A DNA stretch of 64,000 bases, from positions 205,020-269,019 of the forward strand of contig CAZAYU010000002.1 in NCBI GenBank assembly GCA_964489445.1, written 5' to 3'. The position numbers and the translations under genes are program-made. This DNA comes from an uncultured Planctomycetia bacterium. Its GTDB lineage: Bacteria; Omnitrophota; Gorgyraeia; Duberdicusellales; 4484-171. The notes beneath the pieces were generated by a model, which searched no databases, had not been told where the DNA came from, and saw only the letters and a program-made list of their open reading frames with translations. Every line of letters starts with the position of its first letter. Position 1 is the stretch's first letter. Below are positions 58,018-64,000 of the stretch, piece by piece.

Positions 58018-58494
58018 GTGGATAAATTCAATAAAGCTCTTAAATATTCATTCATACTTTTAAAATATAGGGCAAGAGCTAAAAAAGAAATTTTCACTCG
58101 CCTTAAACAGAAAGGTTATACTGAGTCATGTTCAAAGAATGTGGTAAAGTTTTTAGAAGGTAATAATTACCTAAACGATGAGATATTTGTTCGTCTTTTT
58201 ACTGACGCGGCCTTAGAAAAAAATTGGGGTCCTTTAAAGATAGTGTGTAAGCTTAAAAGGCTGGGGATTTCTGAAAATTTGTGTAAAAGGCTTGGTAGAC
58301 AAAATGGTGTTTTTAATGAAAAAATACGAGACATTATCAAGGAAAAATGGAGACATCATAAAGAGCAAAGTAAAAAAATATCAAAAACAACAATTCAGCA
58401 AAAAATTATTCAGTATCTTACATACAAAGGGTTTATGTATGATGATATCCATAGATGCCTTCAAGAGTTTTTCGAGAGCGGGGGAGAGGAATAG
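58018..58494 (+). CDS. recX: Regulatory protein RecX
   Basis: LLKYRAR..KEI..RLKQKG, YLNDE.F, GP.KI..KLKRLGI, YLTYKGF; downstream of recA. Confidence 0.85.
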   Translation: MDKFNKALKYSFILLKYRARAKKEIFTRLKQKGYTESCSKNVVKFLEGNNYLNDEIFVRLFTDAALEKNWGPLKIVCKLKRLGISENLCKRLGRQNGVFNEKIRDIIKEKWRHHKEQSKKISKTTIQQKIIQYLTYKGFMYDDIHRCLQEFFESGGEE

Positions 58495-61170
58495 ATGGTT
58501 TTAAAAACAAGTAGCCTAAGAACACTTTTCCTAGATTTTTTTAAAGGAAAGAAGCATGATCTTTTTTCTTCTGATACTTTAGTTCCGGATGATGCATCGG
58601 TATTTTTTACTTCGGCCGGAATGAACCAGTTTAAGCCCTATTTTTTGGGAGAGAAAGAAGGAACTAACAAAGCAGTTAGTTGTCAGAAGTGCTTACGTAC
58701 TGGAGACTTAGAAAGGGTAGGTAAAACAGACTATCACCATACTTTTTTTGAAATGCTAGGTAATTTTTCTTTTGGTGATTATTTTAAGGAAGGGGCAATA
58801 ACCCTAGCTTGGGAATTTCTTACAAAACAGCTAAATTTAAAAAAGGAAGACTTGTGGGTTTCTGTATATTCTAAAGATAAAGAAGCATACACTATTTGGA
58901 AGGAAAACATTGGGATTTCGGATCATCAAATTATTAAGTTAGGGGAAAGCAACAATTTTTGGCCGGCTGATGCCCCATCTTTAGGCCCGAATGGGCCTTG
59001 TGGACCATGCTCAGAAATATTTTTTGATCGAGGAGCAAATAAAGGTTGTCTAAATAAAACATGCAATCCAGATTGTGATTGTGGGCGATTTGTGGAAATT
59101 TGGAATTTAGTGTTCACACAATACGATCGTGTTGGTGACAATAAGTTAGAGCCATTACCGCAAAAAAATATTGATACTGGGATGGGGCTAGAAAGAATGG
59201 CGGCAGTGCTACAAGGTAAAAATTCAAATTTTCAAATAGATATTTTACAACCGATAGTCCAGAATGTAAGGGAGCATTTAAACGCGAATGAGAATAACTC
59301 GCAAGCAAATAGCTTGATTAACTCTATAGTCGATCATATAAGAGCAGCTACCTTTGCTATTGGTGATGGAGTTTATCCTTCCAACGAGGAGCGCGGGTAT
59401 GTAGTGCGTAAGCTTATTCGCAAAGCTTCTTGGAGCGCATCGTTGGTGGGTAACCAAAAAGTATTTCTTTACAAGCTACCTTTCTTGTTTTCTGAATTAA
59501 TGAGTGATTTTTATTCTGAACTGCGGCAAAAAAAAGAAATTATCTCTAAAGTCATAAAGGCTGAAGAAGAGCGATTTTGTTCAACACTTAACATTGGGAA
59601 AGAACATCTTCTAACGGAAATAAAAAAACTGAGAGCAAAAAATAAGAATTCTGTTGGTGCGGAAGAATTATTTCGTTTTTATGATACATATGGCTTTCCG
59701 GTTGAATTAAGTAAAGAAATAGCAAATCAGCATGGCTTGAGTGTTGATCGAAGCGGTTTTAAAAAATTAATTTTACAGCAGCAAGAACGTTCTCGGAAGA
59801 AAAGCATGTTTGATAATTGTATATTCAAAAAAGGTGATGTAGAAATCAGGGAAAATAGTCAGTTTTGTGGCTATGAAGTCAAGGAAACAAAGGCGAAAAT
59901 TACAAGAATATTCTCAAGCTATGATCAGCTTTTAGCGGGTAGCGAAACAAATGCCTTGGGTTGCGGAGAAGAGGGATTTATAATTTTAGATAAAACACCT
60001 TTTTATCCAGAGTCTGGTGGGCAATTAGCGGATAAAGGGTTAATTTGTGTAGAAGAAGGCGGTTTTGTTGTAGATAGAGTGTTTAAAGTCAACCAAGCTA
60101 TTATCCATAAGGGGAAGGTATCCAGAGCAAGTATACTTAAAGGGCAGCAGGCGGTAGCATCAATAGACCAAGATAGAAGAGGGGCTTTAGCGCGTGCGCA
60201 TACAGTTACCCATCTACTACAAGCTGCTCTGCGCAGTGTTTTAGGAGAGCATGTTTGCCAGCAAGGTTCTTTGGTGGATGAGGACAAATTACGCTTTGAT
60301 TTTACTCATTTTCAATCTTTGTCTCGGAAAGAGTTAGATAGTATTGAGAGCTTAGTTAATTCTTTTATTTTTCAAGGAGATGAAGTTAGTAAAAGATTTA
60401 TCTCTCTAGAGGAGGCAAAAGCGGAAGGAGCTTTAGCTTTTTTTAAGGATAAATACGGGGAAAGTGTAAGATCTGTTACTATTAGCAATTACAGTAAGGA
60501 GTTATGCGCCGGAACGCATTTGAGTAATACCTTTCAAGCTGGAGAGTTTGTAATTATTTCTGAAGCGTCCATCAGTAGTGGCATTCGGCGGATAGAAGCT
60601 TTAACTGGTAAAAAAGCACATTATTATTTAAAAGATTTCCAAAATACAGTGATAGAGCTATCGAGTTTGTTTAAATGCGAATTTACTCAGGTAAATAACT
60701 CAGCTCATAGAATTTTAAAAGAAATAAAGGGTTGTCAGCAAAAAATGTCAGGATTGCTCAAAGAACGGATAGCTATTTTAGCCAAGGATGTCGCTTTAAA
60801 ATGCAAAAAAAATATTGAAGGTGTTGCCTTTTTATTCTATACTTGGGATGATGCTGATAGTTTTTTAGCAGAAGATCCTTCTCTGGTAAAAAGTTTTATT
60901 GATTTTTTGCATGAAGAAATGAGCGGAGGGTTTGTTTTTGTTGTATATAATCATTCAGGAAAAAATAATTTTATTTTTTCCGCATGTGATGAAGTTGTCA
61001 AAGAAGGATTTGATTGCAAGGAATTCATCGAAATACTTAAAGAAAGTGTGTCTTTAAGAGGCGGGGGTAGAAAGACGTGCATACAAGGTGTTACCTTGAA
61101 TATTCCAGTTGACTTTGAAGAGATCGTTATTCGATGTTTTTCTAAATTTGCAAAACAACTCAAAAGATAG
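58495..61170 (+). CDS. alaS: Alanine--tRNA ligase
   Basis: FTSAGMNQFK, HHTFFEMLGNFSFGDYFK, GPCGPCSEI, IDTGMGLER, HTVTHLL, ELCAGTH, GIRRIEA. Confidence 0.97.
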   Translation: MVLKTSSLRTLFLDFFKGKKHDLFSSDTLVPDDASVFFTSAGMNQFKPYFLGEKEGTNKAVSCQKCLRTGDLERVGKTDYHHTFFEMLGNFSFGDYFKEGAITLAWEFLTKQLNLKKEDLWVSVYSKDKEAYTIWKENIGISDHQIIKLGESNNFWPADAPSLGPNGPCGPCSEIFFDRGANKGCLNKTCNPDCDCGRFVEIWNLVFTQYDRVGDNKLEPLPQKNIDTGMGLERMAAVLQGKNSNFQIDILQPIVQNVREHLNANENNSQANSLINSIVDHIRAATFAIGDGVYPSNEERGYVVRKLIRKASWSASLVGNQKVFLYKLPFLFSELMSDFYSELRQKKEIISKVIKAEEERFCSTLNIGKEHLLTEIKKLRAKNKNSVGAEELFRFYDTYGFPVELSKEIANQHGLSVDRSGFKKLILQQQERSRKKSMFDNCIFKKGDVEIRENSQFCGYEVKETKAKITRIFSSYDQLLAGSETNALGCGEEGFIILDKTPFYPESGGQLADKGLICVEEGGFVVDRVFKVNQAIIHKGKVSRASILKGQQAVASIDQDRRGALARAHTVTHLLQAALRSVLGEHVCQQGSLVDEDKLRFDFTHFQSLSRKELDSIESLVNSFIFQGDEVSKRFISLEEAKAEGALAFFKDKYGESVRSVTISNYSKELCAGTHLSNTFQAGEFVIISEASISSGIRRIEALTGKKAHYYLKDFQNTVIELSSLFKCEFTQVNNSAHRILKEIKGCQQKMSGLLKERIAILAKDVALKCKKNIEGVAFLFYTWDDADSFLAEDPSLVKSFIDFLHEEMSGGFVFVVYNHSGKNNFIFSACDEVVKEGFDCKEFIEILKESVSLRGGGRKTCIQGVTLNIPVDFEEIVIRCFSKFAKQLKR

Positions 61171-61225
61171 TAGAATTATAAAATATTTTTCTAAAACGGA
61201 TTTTAAAAAATAAATATTATTTAAA

Positions 61226-62443
61226 ATGAGAGTGATAAGAAATTTAGAAAGTCTTAAAAAATCACTTGGTAAGTCAAGAATTTCTCGTGATAAGATTAAG
61301 GATAAAGTAGCAAGGATTATTAGTGGTGTAAGGGATGCCGGGGATAATTCTTTAATAGAGTATACGAAAAAATTTGATAAAGTAAAGATAAACCCACGAG
61401 AATTGCGAATAAGTGAATCAGAAGTAAGCGCGGCGTTTAATGAGTTAGATTCGTCTTTGATCTCTGCTTTTAAAGTGGCAATTGATAATGTAACCAGATT
61501 TTATAAAAGGCAAGTTCCTAAAACAACAAGAGTTAAAAGTGATAACGGTAAAGTGTTGCTTAATCGTTATGTGCCTTTGGAGAGAGTAGGTGTGTATGTT
61601 CCGGCGGGTACTGCCCCGCTAGTGTCTTCGGTGTATATGACAATCGTTCCTGCTTTAGTCGCTGGTGTCAAAGAGATAGTCTTAGTTTCTCCTCCTGGAA
61701 AAGATAAAAATATGAATCCTTTTATTTTAGCTATTGCTTCTTTGCTCAAAATAAAGGAAATATATCGGGTTGGCGGGGCGCAAGCAATTGCTGCATTAGC
61801 TTATGGTACAAAAACAATAAAAAAAGTTGATAAAATTATTGGACCAGGTAATGAATTTGTTACAGAGGCCAAACGTCAAGTGTTTGGTGTTGTAGATATC
61901 GATATGCTTGCCGGTCCTTCGGAAGTTGTAATTATTGCTTCAGGTACTTCAAATATTGAGTATATTATTGTTGATTTAGAGGCACAGGTAGAACATCATA
62001 ATGGTTTAGGGATTGTTATCACTAATTCTCGCAAGGTAATTAGGGAGTTACGTAAAAGGAAAGTTAGCGGTTATGCCTTAAGAGTCAGAAATTTAGATAA
62101 AATTGCCGAGGCAGTTAACATGATTGCCCCAGAACATCTAGAAATTTTAACTAAGAAACCGCATACTGTGCTGAAGAAGATTAGGAATGTTGGTGCTATT
62201 TTTTTAGGAGAATATACACCGGTTGCACTAGGAGATTACACAGCAGGCCCTAGTCATGTTCTTCCTACAGGAGGTAGCAGTCGTTTTTTTTCCTGCCTTT
62301 CAGTAAAAGATTTTCTCAAAGAAGTTCATGTTATCAGCTATACGCGAAAAGCTTTGCAGGAAGAAGCTGCTACTTTGGAGAAAATTGCAAGGCTAGAAGG
62401 AATGGATAAACATATTGAAAGTGTTAAAAAAAGATTAATGTAG
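61226..62443 (+). CDS. hisD: Histidinol dehydrogenase
   Basis: GVYVPAG.APL.SS, GGAQAIAALAYGT, GPGN.FV, DMLAGPSE, APEHLE, GDY.AGPSHVLPT. Confidence 0.94.
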   Translation: MRVIRNLESLKKSLGKSRISRDKIKDKVARIISGVRDAGDNSLIEYTKKFDKVKINPRELRISESEVSAAFNELDSSLISAFKVAIDNVTRFYKRQVPKTTRVKSDNGKVLLNRYVPLERVGVYVPAGTAPLVSSVYMTIVPALVAGVKEIVLVSPPGKDKNMNPFILAIASLLKIKEIYRVGGAQAIAALAYGTKTIKKVDKIIGPGNEFVTEAKRQVFGVVDIDMLAGPSEVVIIASGTSNIEYIIVDLEAQVEHHNGLGIVITNSRKVIRELRKRKVSGYALRVRNLDKIAEAVNMIAPEHLEILTKKPHTVLKKIRNVGAIFLGEYTPVALGDYTAGPSHVLPTGGSSRFFSCLSVKDFLKEVHVISYTRKALQEEAATLEKIARLEGMDKHIESVKKRLM

Positions 62444-62468
62444 TAGTGTGTTTATAACCGGAGGGATT

Positions 62469-63107
62469 ATGGTTCCTAAGAAAAATAAAATAAGAAAATC
62501 TATTATTAAACGAAAAACAAATGAAGTAGATATTAAAGGGAAATTTGTCATTGATGGAGCAGGAAAAGGGAAAATAGATAGTGGTTTCCAACCTCTTGAC
62601 CATTTACTTGATTTATTTGCTTTTCATGGGTTTTTTGATCTAAACCTTTTTGCTAAAGGTGATTTGCAACATCATATAATAGAGGATATAGGTATTGCCA
62701 TGGGCAAGGCATTTAAATCTGCGTTAGGTAGCATGTCCGGTATAAATAGATACGGGTCATTCTCCTTGGTAATGGATAAAGTAGTTGTGGAAACTAATAT
62801 TGATATAAGTGGGAGACCTTCCTTACACTATGAAATAGCCACAGGTAATAAAACAAAAGTTCAATCTATCTTAAGCAGTGATAATTTTGACGGGATTAAA
62901 TTTACATTCAAAGATGCGGAAGAGTTTTTAGAAGGTTTTGTTAATCATGCAAGTTTGAGTCTGGTCTATATTGTAAAATCTGCAGATGGCGATCTACATC
63001 ATTTGCTAGAGGCGCTTTTTAAGTCTTTAGGAAAATCATTAGATCAAGCTAGCCAGATTAACCGTCGGAGGAAGGGCGTTCCTTCCACTAAAGGAATAAT
63101 AGACTAG
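62469..63107 (+). CDS. hisB: Imidazoleglycerol-phosphate dehydratase
   Basis: RKTNEVDI, DHLL..FAFHG, HHIIEDIGI, DISGRP, HHLLEALFK, PSTKG; ATG at 62469 after SD GGAGG. Confidence 0.9.
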   Translation: MVPKKNKIRKSIIKRKTNEVDIKGKFVIDGAGKGKIDSGFQPLDHLLDLFAFHGFFDLNLFAKGDLQHHIIEDIGIAMGKAFKSALGSMSGINRYGSFSLVMDKVVVETNIDISGRPSLHYEIATGNKTKVQSILSSDNFDGIKFTFKDAEEFLEGFVNHASLSLVYIVKSADGDLHHLLEALFKSLGKSLDQASQINRRRKGVPSTKGIID

Positions 63108-63143
63108 ATAATTACGACTTAGTAATAAAATAATATATTATTT

Positions 63144-63773
63144 ATGGTAGTTGTTGTTGATTATGGGATGGGTAATTTAGAAAGTGTCAAGAATTCTGCA
63201 TTATTCTTAGGAGAAAAAGTATTGGTGAGTAATTCTGCAGAAACTATCCAAAAAGCCAAGAAGATTATTATTCCCGGTGTAGGACATTTTGCCAGTGCAG
63301 TAAAGGAATTAAAAAAAAATAATATTTTTGAGCTTCTAAAAGAAAGAATAAACTTACAAATACCGTTTTTAGGAATCTGTTTAGGAATGCAATTATTATT
63401 TGATAGCAGCCAAGAAGCACCAGGGGTAAAAGGGTTAGGAGTAATTAACGGTGAGGTAAAAAAGATTCGATCAAACAATTTAATTATTCCGCATATGGGG
63501 TGGAATAACGTATGTATAACAGAAAAAGCAAAGAGGAAAAAAAATAAATTACTACTTAATGGATTTAGAGATGGAAGTTTCTGCTATTTTGCGAATTCTT
63601 ATTATTGTTGCCCTAAAACAAAAGAAGTGGTTTTGGCGAATACTGAATATGGTGGAATTAATTTTGCTTCCATCGTTAATAAAGAAAATGTTTGGGGTGT
63701 TCAGTTTCATCCCGAGAAAAGTCAGGAAAAGGGACTAAAAATTTTGAGTAATTTCTTGAAAAATAAATTTTAA
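63144..63773 (+). CDS. hisH: Imidazole glycerol phosphate synthase, glutaminase subunit
   Basis: VDYGMGNL.SV, PGVGHF, LGICLGMQLL, PHMGWN, QFHPEKS. Confidence 0.95.
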   Translation: MVVVVDYGMGNLESVKNSALFLGEKVLVSNSAETIQKAKKIIIPGVGHFASAVKELKKNNIFELLKERINLQIPFLGICLGMQLLFDSSQEAPGVKGLGVINGEVKKIRSNNLIIPHMGWNNVCITEKAKRKKNKLLLNGFRDGSFCYFANSYYCCPKTKEVVLANTEYGGINFASIVNKENVWGVQFHPEKSQEKGLKILSNFLKNKF

Positions 63774-63780
63774 AGCCAGC

Positions 63781-64000
63781 ATGATAATAATTCCGGCAAT
63801 TGATTTATGGAAAGGAGATGTAGTTCGCCTGTTAAAAGGTAATCCTTCCTTTTCTACTGTTTACAGTAAAGATCCGCTAAAGATAGTAGAAAAATGGAAA
63901 AAGCTTGGCGCAGATCTTATTCATCTAGTTGATTTATCTGCTGCTTTAGGTGAAGAAGATAATTCTTCGATTATTAAAGATATTTTAAAAAATGGAGACA
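63781..64000 (+). CDS. hisA: HisA (partial, runs off the window)
   Basis: Manual translation MIIIPAIDLWKGDVVRLLKG...GADLIHLVDLSAA; follows hisH. Confidence 0.9.
   Translation, partial: MIIIPAIDLWKGDVVRLLKGNPSFSTVYSKDPLKIVEKWKKLGADLIHLVDLSAALGEEDNSSIIKDILKNGD

Overview
AT-rich bacterial chromosome segment made mostly of housekeeping genes. The gene content and protein styles (L28 with a GLAKKKGGVG insert, a non-lipidated BamD-like protein with a WIWSPK motif, a TIGR04073-like protein, lipid A genes) suggest a diderm PVC-superphylum organism, plausibly Ca. Omnitrophota; this is inference only. Gene order: rpmB, secreted small protein, TPR protein, Ski2/HelY-like helicase, tRNA-Leu and tRNA-Ala, nfo-leuS-comEA-comEC, gadC-gadB, bamD-lptE-holA, rpsT, murJ-uvrC-ogt, PilT/PilU-like ATPase, prfB-secA-lnt, DUF355, lpxL-like, coiled-coil protein, LacI regulator, nrdJ (with NrdR boxes), gpmA, mnmG, lpxB/gnnA-like, msbA, rpsB-tsf-pyrH-frr, three tRNAs, ptsN-ptsH-ptsI, pheA-hisC-aroF-tyrA-cmk, lepA-lepB, pgsA-plsY, recA-htrA-like-recX-alaS, hisDBHA. 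I found no integrase, transposase, prophage, CRISPR array or defence island, and no clear multi-gene novel system. The most unusual signals are: (1) a small, highly structured element at the tRNA-Ala 3' end with perfect 62-bp direct repeats and arms antisense to the tRNA 3' end; (2) a BamD-like protein with a ~330-aa polycationic, internally duplicated helical tail; (3) two apparent pseudoenzymes, an HtrA/DegP homologue missing the catalytic His and Asp and a PilT/PilU homologue with Walker B Glu changed to Asn.
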